Assembly: GCA_964016885.1 (NCBI GenBank)
Contig: OZ024766.1
Span: 4,960,001-5,024,000, forward strand
Origin: Eledone cirrhosa
Lineage: Eukaryota
Length of the DNA: 64,000 nt
Direction: 5' to 3'
Shown here: positions 1 to 15,129 of the stretch, in pieces
Position numbering within the stretch: the stretch's first letter is position 1
Layout: each line of letters begins with the position of its first letter
Translations under genes and position numbers: made by a program
The notes under the pieces: model-generated
The model's database searches: none
Seen by the model: the letters and a program-made list of their open reading frames with translations, nothing else
What the model was told of the DNA's origin: nothing

Positions 1-510
1 AGTACACTCTGTAAAGTCGTAGTCCTAGTGCCATGATAAAATACACCCAGTACACTCTGTAATATGTTAGTCCTAGTGCCATGATAAAATACAACCAGTA
101 CACTCTGTAGAGTGGTAGTCCTAGTGCCATGATAAAATACACCCAGTACACTCTGTAATATGTTAGTCCTAGTGCCATGATAAAATACAACCAGTACACT
201 CTGTAGAGTGGTAGTCCTAGTGCCATGATAAAATACACCCAGTACACTCTGTAAAGTCGTAGTCCTAGTGCCATGATAAAATACACCCAGTACACTCTGT
301 AATATGTTAGTCCTAGTGCCATGATAAAATACAACCAGTACACTCTGTAGAGTGGTAGTCCTAGTGCCATGATAAAATACACCCAGTACACTCTGTAAAG
401 TCGTAGTCCTAGTGCCATGATAAAATACACCCAGTACACTCTGTAATATGTTAGTCCTAGTGCCATGATAAAATACACCCAGTACACTCTGTAAAGTGGT
501 AGTGTCATGA
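1..510. repeat. 48-bp minisatellite (~10 copies, continues off the left edge), in an intron of CAP-ShKT gene 1
   Basis: Unit cccagtacactctgtaa...gtcctagtgccatgataaaataca with period 48. It resembles the cacccagcacactgtaaagtgg segment of the SINE copies in this window. Confidence 0.9.
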
Positions 511-548
511 TAAAATATATTCTTATTAATAATAAATATTTGCATCAG

Positions 549-600
549 GGATTTCCTGATGATTTCCTCCAAATGAAACAGTTCTAGTCCTGTAGAAGCC
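549..600 (+). ncRNA. Degenerate type I hammerhead ribozyme motif (Penelope-type terminus, family B)
   Basis: CTGATGA (556-562), weak helix II, GAAA, cag-ttctagtc-ctg, TA; helix I imperfect. Same sequence family as 51785-51888. Confidence 0.45.
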
Positions 601-1437
601 ATTTCTATATTAAATTTGTTTTATACTAATGTATTGCGTACCTTATTTACTGTGGTTAGCACCCCACCCCCCCACCCCCGATTGAACCCGGGACTCACAC
701 ACACACCATCATCATCATCTTCGTTTAACGTCCATTTTCCACGCTAGCATAGGTTTAGACGGGAATGGTCCCACTTGAGGCTAGGTTGATCGGGTGACCG
801 TGTCGGGTGACCGTGTCTCGCTCGTATAGGACTGTTTCTGTTCAAGTTAAAGGTAGTATAATAAGTAAGGCAATCAAAGACATGAAGACAGGCAAGGCAG
901 CTGGGCCCCTTTGGAGATAGTTGCCAACCTTACCCAATTACACCTCTCAAAGGCGATGACACACGACCGTGACCTCTGGCGTCACGCAGTAATACAGAGT
1001 ACCCGACCTCCCATGGGTACAAGCTGAAGCATATAGACAATATGCCCCCACACCCCCCACTGCAAGGTGGTCGTGGAGGTGCCACGGCAAAAAAAGCACC
1101 CAGCCCACACTGTAAAGTGGACGTGTAGGCGCCACAAAAAAGCACCCAGCACTCACTGTAAATGAGGTTGGTGTTAGGAAGGGCATCCAGCTGTAGAAAT
1201 CAAGCCAGAATCAGTTCCTGTATGAGCAAGGCATGGTCAGCCGACCAGACACTGCCCACGACAGGACAACCCGTCTAACCCATGCTAGCGTGGAAGAACG
1301 GATGTAAAACGGTGATGATGATGATGTTGAAAGCATCTGGAATGGTGGGACATACTATGTTCACCCGAGAATAAAGGAAAAAAGAATCAGTGTTACATGT
1401 TTCAAAAGTTCTCTTTTTAATTTCAAACCCCTGACAG

Positions 1438-1553
1438 ATGGTGTGGGCCAAAACCTCACGTGTTGGCTGTGCTGCGAAGAGGTGCCCAGCCTTGAATGCT
1501 TTCGGAAGAAGTGTACCCAATGCCCTTTACTTGGTCTGTTTCTATGATCCAAG
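1438..1553 (+). CDS. CAP-ShKT gene 1, internal exon (CAP domain C-terminal half); upstream exons are outside the window
   Basis: cag|ATG...AG|gtaagt; MVWAKTSRVGCAAKRCPALNAFGRSVPNALYLVCFYDP carries the CAP motifs VWA..vGC and LVCxY.P. Same length (116 nt) and phase as paralog exon 33979-34094. Confidence 0.9.
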
Positions 1554-1559
1554 GTAAGT

Positions 1560-3135
1560 GTACCACTCATACCTTCTCTTGTTTATCTATCCAGGACCTA
1601 TGGACAACTTCCAGGGGGTCTCTGGCCTGGCTGTGCTACCAAGGAGCTCTACCGGTTCGTGACAAGATCTACAGGCACGGACGCCCCGGCAGGGATCCTT
1701 CCAAGAGGACGTGTCCAAGATGCGGGCAGGACATTGAAACACCGTCCTGCACGCAATTGTACACTGCCCGGGTGTAACCCACCTGTCAAACTATGCAGAA
1801 CTGCTGTCGCCAAGCTAACTTTGATATGTAAATTTTTTTTTTGGGGGGGGGGGTGCTGTGTATTCTAATATTTTTTGTATGAGGAGTCCCCCCACCCCTC
1901 CTCCAAAAACCCCCCGAAAGTACCCTGGATCCTCTGTACAGTGGCTATGGTGAAAGAGGTTATATGGTGGACGAGATTGAGAGGACTGAGGACAGATGCC
2001 TTTCTCTCCGGACAACAACTCATTCCCTTCTTTAAGTATCACTTTAGAAGGAGAATCAGAGTGGAGAGAGAGGCACTGCACCCCAGTAAATTTACTGAAA
2101 GGTGTTATATGGTGGACGAGGTTGAGAGGACTGAGGACAGATGCCTTTCTCTCCGGACAACAACTCATTCCCTTCTTTAGGTACCACTTTAGAAGGAGAA
2201 TCAGAGTGGAGAGAGAGGCACTGCACCCCAGTAAATTTACTGAAAGGTGTTATATGGTGGACGAGGTTGAGAGGACTGAGGACAGATGCCTTTCTCTCCG
2301 GACAACAACTCATTCCCTTCTTTAAGTATCACTTTAGAAGGAGAATCAGAGTGGAGAGAGAGGCACTGCACCCCAGTAAATTTACTGAAAGGTGTTATAT
2401 GGTGGACGAGGTTGAGAGGACTGAGGACAGATGCCTTTCTCTCCGGACAACAACTCATTCCCTTCTTTAAGTATCACTTTAGAAGGAGAATCAGAGTGGA
2501 GAGAGAGGCACTGCACCCCAGTAAATTTACTGAAAGGTGTTATATGGTGGACGAGGTTGAGAGGACTGAGGACAGATGCCTTTCTCTCCGGACAACAACT
2601 CATTCCCTTCTTTAAGTATCACTTTAGAAGGAGAATCAGAGTGGAGAGAGAGGCACTGCACCCCAGTAAATTTACTGAAAGGTGTTATATGGTGGACGAG
2701 ATTGAGTGGACTGAGGACAGATGCCTTTCTCTCTGGACAACAACTCATTCTCTTCTTTAAGTATCACTTTAGAAGGAGAATCAGAGTGGAGAGAGAGGCA
2801 CTGCACCCCAGTAAATTTACTGAAAGGTGGGTGAATGTGGCAAAAATTACCTGAGGGATTGGGCCTTCTCTGTATATAAACCTGTAGGTTGAAGAAGAGA
2901 GCAAAAGGAAGAAAGGAGCACTTGCACCACATGCTCCTGGAGTTGAGGGTTGTTCTACCTATGGGGTATTAAACAACCCATTTGTGGCGCCTCCCCCCTA
3001 TTGGGGATTTCGATTGTTATAATTGTTTGTTTCATATTTTTACACGACTGTATTTAAAATCCCCAGCATGTCTTTGTTTTGTCCCCTTTTCTTGAGCGCC
3101 CTTGTGGCTAATAAAGAAATATATCTATCTACCTA
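1560..3135 (+). mobile_element. 5'-truncated non-LTR retrotransposon (L1/Tx1-like 3' end) with an internal 145-bp tandem repeat x6 (~1958-2828)
   Basis: LAWLCYQGALPVRDKIYRHG...CPRCGQDIET resembles the zinc-binding region downstream of RT. Ends in aataaagaaat plus an (atct) tail. Confidence 0.65.
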
Positions 3136-3149
3136 TCTATTCACTACAG

Positions 3150-3238
3150 AGGCAACTTTGGTAACAATCTCTACACCTCTGGAAGTGCCTGCTCTAAATG
3201 TCCGCCAAAGCACCACTGCAAACATGGCTTATGTCACC
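3150..3238 (+). CDS. CAP-ShKT gene 1, exon (GN motif and Cys-rich hinge)
   Basis: cag|A GGC AAC...C|gtaag; RGNFGNNLYTSGSACSKCPPKHHCKHGLCH. 89 nt, same as paralog exon 36240-36328. Confidence 0.9.
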
Positions 3239-3299
3239 GTAAGACAGATTTCTTATATACACACACATCTATATATATATATATCATCATCATCATCAT

Positions 3300-3630
3300 C
3301 ATCATTTTACGTCCGTTTTTTTCCTTGCTTGCAAGGGTGGGACGGGAACTGATTCTGGCTTGATCTCTACAGCTGGATGCCCTTCCTAACACCAACCTCA
3401 TTTACAGTGAGTGCTGGGTGCTTTCTTGCCGTGGCACCTCCACGACCACTTTGCAGTGGAATGATAGGGACCCCAGTCCTATCATCTCATTTCTACAGCT
3501 GAGTAAACTGGAGCAATGTGAAATAAAGTGTCTTGCTCAAGGAAACAACACATCACCCGGTCTGAGAATTGAACTCACAACCTTTCGATTGCAAGGCCAA
3601 TGCTCTAACCACTAAGCCATGTGCCTCCAT
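3300..3630 (-). mobile_element. tRNA-headed SINE, family 1 (near full length)
   Basis: Reverse complement starts ggaggcacatggcttagtggttagagc (A box) ...gtgagttcaattc (B box) and ends in a (gat)n tail. Other copies at ~4526-4625, 17103-17200, 20750-21082, 28865-29150, 45877-46135, 50300-50570, 63871-64000. Confidence 0.8.
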
Positions 3631-3679
3631 ATATATATACGATATTAACAAATGGAAACTATATTTATAAAACCATATT

Positions 3680-3745
3680 TATTTCATTATACATATTTCA
3701 AGGACAACCAAGTTAAATTATGGTGTGCTTTCATCAGATAAAATA
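3680..3745 (-). ncRNA. Minimal type I hammerhead ribozyme motif (family A)
   Basis: Minus strand reads tattttat CTGATGA [helix II] GAAA t-atgt-a TA atgaaata; the flanks pair as helix I. Same family as 11698-11917. Confidence 0.55.
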
Positions 3746-4002
3746 TAATATAGAGCAGTTTTATAAATAAATATTGACATACCCTTAAAGAATGCAACCA
3801 TTACTGTTGGAAGCTCCCGGATATATATATATATACACGCATACATACATATATATATACACATACATACATATATCTATATATATACATACATACAAGC
3901 AGGGAAAAGCGGACGTAAAATGATGATAAACAGATGTATATAGACACCCTACCTATGCTTGAAATATATTGTAATCAAACTCTGTTCTATTTTTTCCTAC
4001 AG

Positions 4003-4032
4003 ATAAACCAAAGGGAGATGTAACAGCACTAG
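4003..4032 (+). CDS. CAP-ShKT gene 1, 30-nt linker microexon
   Basis: Pyrimidine tract tttttcctacag| and |gtaagt donor; phase 1-1; (H)KPKGDVTAL. Positionally equivalent to the 54-nt linker exon of gene 2. Confidence 0.75.
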
Positions 4033-4175
4033 GTAAGTGTTACTTCTTTCATCAGTTTATAGGGGTTTACCTGGACATATATATATGTAACCAAACCAAC
4101 CTGCGCACTTCGTCGAGTGCTCCAATCTGCATACTGAGGGGTCGGTAAATAACCAACATATACTCAAAATTTATA

Positions 4176-4210
<35 letters not shown>

Positions 4211-4211
<1 letters not shown>

Positions 4212-4400
4212 ACGGAGGAAAAGTGGTAAGGAACCAGGTGGACCGTAACGCACCAAAGTACTCAATACTTAGGGTAGTAGAGTGGGTAATAGGAACGAGT
4301 AGGACCCCGACGGCTGAGCTCAAGCCGTTTCGACGGCTAATTCTGGACTGAATTAGCCGTCGAAACGGCTTGAGCTCAGCCGTCGGGGTCCTACTCGTTC
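4211..4400. mobile_element. Dispersed repeat with an inverted terminal duplication (Penelope-like terminus, family C)
   Basis: Inverted arms ...gacggctaattc tggact gaattagccgtc gaaacggcttgagctcagccgtc, embedded in (TA)n. Other copies at ~16838-17030, 20432-20570, 25236-25375, 45597-45830, 59161-59375. Confidence 0.6.
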
Positions 4401-4402
4401 CC

Positions 4403-4519
<117 letters not shown>

Positions 4520-5726
4520 AGTTATAGAGGCACATGGCTTAGTGGTTAGAGCATTGGCCTTGCAATCGAAAGGTTGTGAGTTCAATTCTCAGACTGGGTG
4601 ATGTGTTGTTTCCTTGAGCAAGACATATTATTGTATTATTGTAGTTTTGCCTGTAAATTAATTAAATCTTACACATTTTTTCAAAGGAATTAACTTTTAA
4701 AGTATTATTTGTTTAAAAGTTTAAATTTTAAAATTAATTTTAACGAATGAGATTTCTCTGTTGTATAAACCTCAGCTACTCCGCTTGCTATGGATACCTC
4801 CCACCACTCCTCTTTTTTTCTATCTGTTGCAGACATGTCAGAAAAAAAAAATGTTTAAAGTTCAAAGGCAAAATATATAGATATATATGTTAGAAAACGG
4901 AAATAAAAGAGTAAAGCAAAGGCTCTAGGGTCAGAGAAGAATAAGGAGGAGGAAACAGGGAGGGCTCTAAAGTGATTAAGTTAGAGGCGTGTGTAGTTTG
5001 AGGGAAATTTAGTTGCTATTTCTAGCATTTAGCGTGTCAAGTGGGCGTATGGTTTAAGGGAGATTTGGCTATTACTTATAGCATTTTTTTAGTCAATAGT
5101 TGTGTGATTTGAGGGAGATTTGGCTGTTATTTCTAGTATCTTTAAAGTCATTAGTAGTGTGTGATTTGAGGGAGATTTGGCTGTTATTTCTAGCTTTCTT
5201 AATCTACAAACTGGGTTATATGACTGGTATTTCTAGCAGGTATTTTGCAGTCCACAAGAAGGGAAATAATTCTTACAAGCCTAAGTTAGAACCAAATTAT
5301 TTCCCTTTGATCGCAAAAATTGGTTTGAAGAATCTCCCAATTTAAGTGACTTCAATGAATTTGGTTCCTCATTCCTTTCTTAATAATTGATATTTTTAAT
5401 CAAAATTCTGCAGAGATACGTATTAAAATATGTAGATTATGATCTATGTAATGTAATACGTACATACCTTTCAGGGAAACATTTACAAAACAAAAGGTTG
5501 TGCACGTTAAGAATGGGTTGGGAGTTTGGGCTGTTATTTCTAGAATTTTCTGACATAATAGAGACGTGAGGGCGATTTTGCTGCTATTTCTAAACATTTT
5601 TTACTATAGTACAGACATGAGGGAAACTTCACTGCTATTTCTAAAGAGTTTCTACTCAGAAATTATTCCATAAAATGGTTCTATTTTTAATGATGTCCAA
5701 CGAATTTAAATTCCAATTGACTATAC

Positions 5727-5781
<55 letters not shown>

Positions 5782-5997
5782 TAAAATAACAGATTTGTTA
5801 TTTTAACAAATATTTGCTCTACAGTTCTTATATATTTGATATATATTTATCCTTATCGAGCCCTCTTTGGATTTTAGTCTTCACATTTATTATTATTACT
5901 ATTACATATATATATATGTGTGTGTGTGTGTGTATAAAATGTGTGTATGTATGTATACATACATACATATATATATACGCACATTATATATATACAC

Positions 5998-6056
<59 letters not shown>

Positions 6057-6835
6057 TATATATATACACACATTATATATATATATATATATACATTATA
6101 TATATATATATACACACATTATATATATTATATATATATATGACGGTTTGGTTTTTTTTTGTCAACTATTCCAGCGTTTTCGTTACATTTTTTTTTTGTG
6201 TTATTTCTCTATTGGAATGTTGCTCCATTCTTCACGTTACGTTTTAGACAAACAAATAACAACAAGAAACACCAGATTCTTAAAATTTTTAGCGTTTGAA
6301 GAGTTTTCAGTATAAAACCAAATATTTCCTACAATCCTGCAATAACTGTCAACTATTATAAGGACAATTCTAAAAGCAAATAATTCTATGCTGTTCTTCC
6401 TGCAAATTTCCAGCCACAGATTCATCTTCATCACAAGTTAGGCCAACGGTCCGTCGCTACGTAAGATCTCCTCTCCTCCGTTCAAGAAAAAGACTGTTTT
6501 ACATCTAATAAACGAAAAAAAAACAAAGGACTTTATAACGCCACATCATACATGGATATAAATCCAGTATCCAGTGATTCCTTCCCAAATTTCCAAGTAT
6601 TTCTGTAAAGATCAAACAAGCCGATGTGACCAGCGAAATGCAGAAGATATGTGAGAGTCTTAAAACAAAAGTGTCTATTGGATAACTGCAATTATACAAG
6701 TAAAATCTTGTTAAATTGTAATTAATGCCAACACTATCAATAATGTTTCTATGACCTACATGTTTCATTATAAACCAAATGTTGTTGTTATAAAGAAACT
6801 ATTAAGCTTCAATTTATAGAAGAAGCTGTTAAAAC

Positions 6836-9562
6836 ATGAACTCGGGACGTAAAATAATCAGTCAGTATTTCAGTTTAATTTTTATCAATTTGCTCCGGCT
6901 TTCAATCGCTTACTTCAACGGCAACACAACTGGCAACACGACTGGCAACACGGCTGGCAACACGACTGGCAACACCGTGACTGGCAACACGACTGGCAAC
7001 GAAACGAAGAAATCCATTCTTCCAGGTGATATTATCATTGGTGGTTTATTTCCTATCCATTCCAGAGATGAAGGAGAAAAAGAATGCGGTGAATTGAACT
7101 TTGCCGCCATTCAAAGATTAGAAATTATGTTGTTTACACTGGACCAAATCAACGGAAATACCTCCATCTTGCCCGGAATTAAACTGGGGGCGTTGATCTA
7201 CGACACGTGCGACACCGCGCCCCAAGCTCTCGTAAACGCCCTTGAATTTGTGAGGGCATCATTTAATAAATTAAATCCATATGATTTTGTGTGTAAAGAT
7301 GGGTCAGCGGCGGAGGCGAAGTATACTCCAGCATCTATTACTGGCGTCATTGGGGGTACTTCCAGTTCGATTTCTATACATGTAGCAAACCTCCTCAGAC
7401 TTTTTAAAATACCACAAATAAGCTATGCATCGACTAGTATAGCCTTAAGCAATAAAAAACGATTTCAGTATTTTGCACGTACCGTACCTCCGGACACATA
7501 CCAAGCAAAAGCAATGGCGGAATTGATTAGAAGATTAAATTGGACATATGTTTCAACAATTGCTTCTGAAGGCGAATATGGTGAATCGGGGGTTGCTTCT
7601 TTCCTCACTGAGGCCAGTGTAAGAAATATTTGTGTAGCTCTCAATCTCAAAATTCATAATCATGCTAAACGTAACGAAATTCTGAATTTGGTCAGCACTT
7701 TGCTAAAGATGCAAAAAGCGAAAGTTGTTGTTATGTTTGTTCGTATGGGGCATATACACGATGTACTTCAAGCAGCCACAGATTTGAAGGCTACAGGAAA
7801 GTTTATTTGGATAGCCTGCGATCAATGGGGTCGTAACGTCCACCCGATTGGAAACAATCATGCCACAGCAGAGGGGGCGTTATCAATAGAACTCGATGCT
7901 TCGCTAATACCCCCATTCGATAAATATTTTTTGAATTTAAACCCTTTAAATAACAAAAGAAACCCATGGTTTGCTGAATATTGGGCCGAGTTTCATAATT
8001 GTAGTTGGAAAAACCAGTCAGACACAAGTAGAATGTGTAATGGTACTGAACTCTTCGGATTCTATGAACAAGAGAGAAAATCACAGTTTGTTTATGATGC
8101 TGTCTATGCGATGGCCCTAGCGTTACATAAATTACAGCAATATCTCTGCCCAAAGGAAAAGGGATTTTGCCCAGGAATGAAAGAAATTGATGGCGAAATG
8201 TTGTTTAAGAGCTATATACTGAACTCATCTTTCTATAATAAGTACGGCAGCCTCGTTCAGATTGATTCAAAAGGTGATGCACATGGGCGCTATAAAATTT
8301 ACAACTATGCTTACGATCACGCAATAAAGCATTATGATTTTAAGCACGTAGCAACATGGAGCAAAGTCGGTTTGGAATTCACAGATATTGAAATTAGGTG
8401 GAAAAGAAATAGCACATCTCGTCCAGAATCTATCTGTTCCAGGACCTGCGAATTTAATGAGAGGAAATCCCAACGTAACCGCTGTTGTTGGAAATGTTTG
8501 AAGTGTGCTGAGTTCGAATATCTGAAGGACGAATTTACGTGCATTGATTGCGGTTTGGGGCAATGGCCTTTACCAAATATGCAGAGTTGCTATTATCTGG
8601 AAGATCAGTTCATGTCTTGGTACAGTATCTACTCTATTGCGCCACTTTTACTGTCGTGTCTCGGTATAATTGGTACAATTGGTGTGATAGCAACATTCAT
8701 ACGATATAACAATACACCAGTTGTGATGGCATCTGGTAGAGAACTGAGTTACATGCTCCTCTGTGGTTGTCTAATTTGTTATCTGATGTCATTTATACTT
8801 ATAGCCAAACCCTCAATCATCGTATGTTGCATACAACAAATTGGTGTTGGTTTCGGCTTTGCAATAATCTACGCGGCCCTACTTACAAGAACTAACCGAA
8901 TTTCACGGATTTTCTACCAGGCACGTCACTCGGCTCAACGAACACCATACATAAGTCCACGATCTCAAATCGCAATCGCTAGTATTTTGATATCGATTCA
9001 GATTGTCTTTACAATAATTTGGCTGATCTTGGAACCACCAGGCATTCGACGTTATTACCCTTTTAACAAACGAGACGAAATTATACTCAGATGTAATATG
9101 AGAGAAACATCGTTCCTGATTTCTTTAATATACAACATGATTCTAATTGCAATATGTACGGTATATGCTGTGAAAACGAGAAATATACCTGCAAACTTCA
9201 ATGAGTCGAAATTCATTGGTTTTGCAATGTACACAACCTGTATTATTTGGCTAGCTTTTATTCCGATCTATTTCGGAACATTGAATACCTTTCAAGTTCA
9301 AATTATAACACTATGTTTTGCAATAAGTTTTAGTGCGACAGTGGCTATCCTGTGGCTTTTCCTCCCCAAAATGTATATTATACTTTTACATCCCGAGAGG
9401 AACGTGCGAAAGCCTCTAGGACCCGCATCCGGCTTTAAGAAACCTCCCACTACCGCATATCGTGAGCCGGAAAGGGCGAGTATATCGTATTCGACCTTCA
9501 CTAAAAGTAGCAAAGAATTGACTCCGACGAAAAAAGAGGAGATGAGTGTCGAGTCGCTGTGA
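6836..9562 (+). CDS. Metabotropic glutamate receptor (class C GPCR, group II-like), single-exon CDS, 908 aa
   Basis: Signal peptide; Venus-flytrap motifs [68 protein letters not shown]; nine-Cys domain (PESICS...CCWKC...C); 7TM region with [54 protein letters not shown]. Confidence 0.97.
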   Translation: MNSGRKIISQYFSLIFINLLRLSIAYFNGNTTGNTTGNTAGNTTGNTVTGNTTGNETKKSILPGDIIIGGLFPIHSRDEGEKECGELNFAAIQRLEIMLFTLDQINGNTSILPGIKLGALIYDTCDTAPQALVNALEFVRASFNKLNPYDFVCKDGSAAEAKYTPASITGVIGGTSSSISIHVANLLRLFKIPQISYASTSIALSNKKRFQYFARTVPPDTYQAKAMAELIRRLNWTYVSTIASEGEYGESGVASFLTEASVRNICVALNLKIHNHAKRNEILNLVSTLLKMQKAKVVVMFVRMGHIHDVLQAATDLKATGKFIWIACDQWGRNVHPIGNNHATAEGALSIELDASLIPPFDKYFLNLNPLNNKRNPWFAEYWAEFHNCSWKNQSDTSRMCNGTELFGFYEQERKSQFVYDAVYAMALALHKLQQYLCPKEKGFCPGMKEIDGEMLFKSYILNSSFYNKYGSLVQIDSKGDAHGRYKIYNYAYDHAIKHYDFKHVATWSKVGLEFTDIEIRWKRNSTSRPESICSRTCEFNERKSQRNRCCWKCLKCAEFEYLKDEFTCIDCGLGQWPLPNMQSCYYLEDQFMSWYSIYSIAPLLLSCLGIIGTIGVIATFIRYNNTPVVMASGRELSYMLLCGCLICYLMSFILIAKPSIIVCCIQQIGVGFGFAIIYAALLTRTNRISRIFYQARHSAQRTPYISPRSQIAIASILISIQIVFTIIWLILEPPGIRRYYPFNKRDEIILRCNMRETSFLISLIYNMILIAICTVYAVKTRNIPANFNESKFIGFAMYTTCIIWLAFIPIYFGTLNTFQVQIITLCFAISFSATVAILWLFLPKMYIILLHPERNVRKPLGPASGFKKPPTTAYREPERASISYSTFTKSSKELTPTKKEEMSVESL
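6920..7000 (+). repeat. Coding 12-bp repeat (GNTT-like units) at the mature N-terminus of the mGluR
   Basis: ggcaacacgact units encode [29 protein letters not shown]. Confidence 0.9.
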
Positions 9563-9631
9563 TTGAAATAACTGGAGCAACTTTTACTTCAGGGGAGACT
9601 GTAGCAAAGAAACCATGTGCAACATCTGAAC

Positions 9632-9637
9632 AATAAA
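9632..9637 (+). promoter_or_regulatory. Candidate polyadenylation signal of the mGluR gene
   Basis: AATAAA 70 nt after the stop codon, just before a 1.9-kb TA tract. Confidence 0.4.
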
Positions 9638-9679
9638 TATTATTGAGAAAACATGATACAACATATCTGCACACACACA

Positions 9680-11578
<1,899 letters not shown>

Positions 11579-11697
11579 CAGAGGTTATAATTAATTTGTT
11601 GGGATTCAACAAGCTTAAACTTTTTTATAACTGATATAAAGCACTCAACAAGTTAGTGGAGTAAATATACAATATATTAATGAATGGAAACCATATT

Positions 11698-11763
11698 TAT
11701 TTTATTATATATATTTCAAGAGCAACCAAAGCAAATTATGGTGCGCTTTCATCAGATAAAATA
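11698..11763 (-). ncRNA. Minimal type I hammerhead ribozyme motif (family A), left copy of an inverted pair
   Basis: Minus strand: tattttat CTGATGA aagcgcacca...tggttgctctt GAAA t-atat-a TA ataaaata. 8-bp helix I and a palindromic ATAT loop III. Confidence 0.65.
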
Positions 11764-11851
11764 CAGATTTGTTTTATAAACCCAGGAAGCTCCAACCGTT
11801 AAGGTTGTCTTTTTTCAGGGTATGTCAATATTTATTTATAAAACAAATCTG

Positions 11852-11917
11852 TATTTTATCTGATGAAAGCGCACCATAATTTGCCTTGGTTGCCTTTGAA
11901 ATATGTATAATAAAATA
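11852..11917 (+). ncRNA. Minimal type I hammerhead ribozyme motif (family A), right copy of an inverted pair
   Basis: tattttat CTGATGA (11860-11866) aagcgcacca taatttgcct tggttgccttt GAAA (11898-11901) t-atgt-a TA ataaaata. Confidence 0.65.
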
Positions 11918-11951
11918 AATATGGTTTTATAAATATAGTTTCCATTTATTA

Positions 11952-12001
<50 letters not shown>

Positions 12002-12008
12002 TATATTA

Positions 12009-12061
<53 letters not shown>

Positions 12062-12091
12062 TATATTAACACACATATATATATATATATT

Positions 12092-12129
<38 letters not shown>

Positions 12130-12247
12130 CATATATAGATACATATATATTAACATATATATATACATATATATATATAATATATTGTTATATGAATATA
12201 TATATATATATGAATATATATATATATATTTATATATATATATAAAC

Positions 12248-12280
<33 letters not shown>

Positions 12281-12294
12281 GTAATATATATGCA

Positions 12295-12331
<37 letters not shown>

Positions 12332-12808
12332 ATATGTATATATATATTATATATATATATATTAATATATATATTATATATATATATATATAAATATATA
12401 TATTATACATATTAATATATATATATAACAAATAGTTTATCGCTCAACGTGGTTTGATACAATAAATGCAATCTCAGGTTTTGCGAATATTAATAATAAT
12501 ATTCGATTCGTTTGCAATGATGCAAGCAGCCTCTTAAGAGATGTCAGTAGAATAACTTCACCATTCTTGGTCGTGTGTTGGCATGTAAACATATATATTT
12601 ATATGAAATAAAAATATTTTTTTACAAAAACGATATAAAACGAATTATGGAGATGGGTAGAATTTCTTTGGCTGCTGGCTGTCGGTTGGTTTGGTGAGAT
12701 TATAATGAGACTTTGTTATTAATTAACTGATTTTGAAAAGTCCCTGGAGTGGGATGAAACTTCCGTAAATCAGTATTTCATGGATTAATGTATTTGGTGT
12801 CTATTTTA

Positions 12809-14480
<1,672 letters not shown>

Positions 14481-14621
14481 GAATATTTCGATTAATATTG
14501 GTTAAACGGGCAGAAAAATATACAGTTACCTCCCTTGATTGTTTTAAATTTCTATCGTCTGTGAATCGAATGTTTGTTAAAATATCGATCAACTATGATA
14601 CCACACACACACACACACACA

Positions 14622-15045
14622 CACACACCTGGGACCTCGTACAACAAAAGTCAGGCGAAAGGGGCGGACAACAGAGTCGCAACCAAAGCAAAAGACAAGA
14701 GTATCGCGAGAAACAGTGGGAAAACTCTCTAATAATTTGAAAAGCAAGCCAGCAAGTCTCACGGTGTTAAGCTGGGTGATGGCGAAGCTGAGGTGCTGGA
14801 GCAGCCAAGCGCCCTCACTAGGAGCACCACCAGTTAGTTGAATCTCCTCGTGACGGCGATTGGCTGTTCCAGCACCTCAGCCTCGCCATCACCCAAGTTA
14901 ACACCGTGAGCTTGCTGGCTTGTCTTTCATATTATTAGAGAGTTTTCCCACTGTTCATCGTGATACTCTTGCCTTTTGCTCTGGTAGCGACTCTGTTGTC
15001 CGCCCCTTTCGCCTGCCCTTTTGTTGTACGTGGTCCCAGGTGTGT
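14622..15045. mobile_element. Fold-back / MITE-like element with ~200-bp imperfect inverted arms
   Basis: cacacctgggacc...gtgggaaaactctctaataat...aggtgctgg on the left is mirrored by ccagcacct...attattagagagttttcccac...ggtcccaggtgtg on the right, with a short central spacer near 14825-14845. Confidence 0.75.
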
Positions 15046-15129
15046 GAGCTAACCGCTTCTGTTGTCTCTCTCTTTCCTGTATATTATATTTGCTTGAGCT
15101 TTTGTTCTGTAAGCATTGTTGAGGCTCTG

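Noticed and set aside
1875-2932. Series of near-identical 73-109 aa ORFs
   Set aside because: Produced by a 145-bp (non-triplet) tandem repeat within a dead LINE fragment.
3550-3630. tRNA gene
   Set aside because: The A/B boxes belong to a multi-copy SINE head that continues into the SINE body; no convincing cloverleaf.
6813-6838. In-frame CAP-mGluR fusion by splicing 4032 to the tttatag acceptor at 6819
   Set aside because: A phase-1 donor plus 16 nt before the ATG is out of frame and reads EEAVKT*, so no fusion protein results.
9548-9562. Class I PDZ ligand at the mGluR C-terminus (VESL)
   Set aside because: Position -2 is Glu rather than Ser/Thr, so the canonical class I motif is not met.
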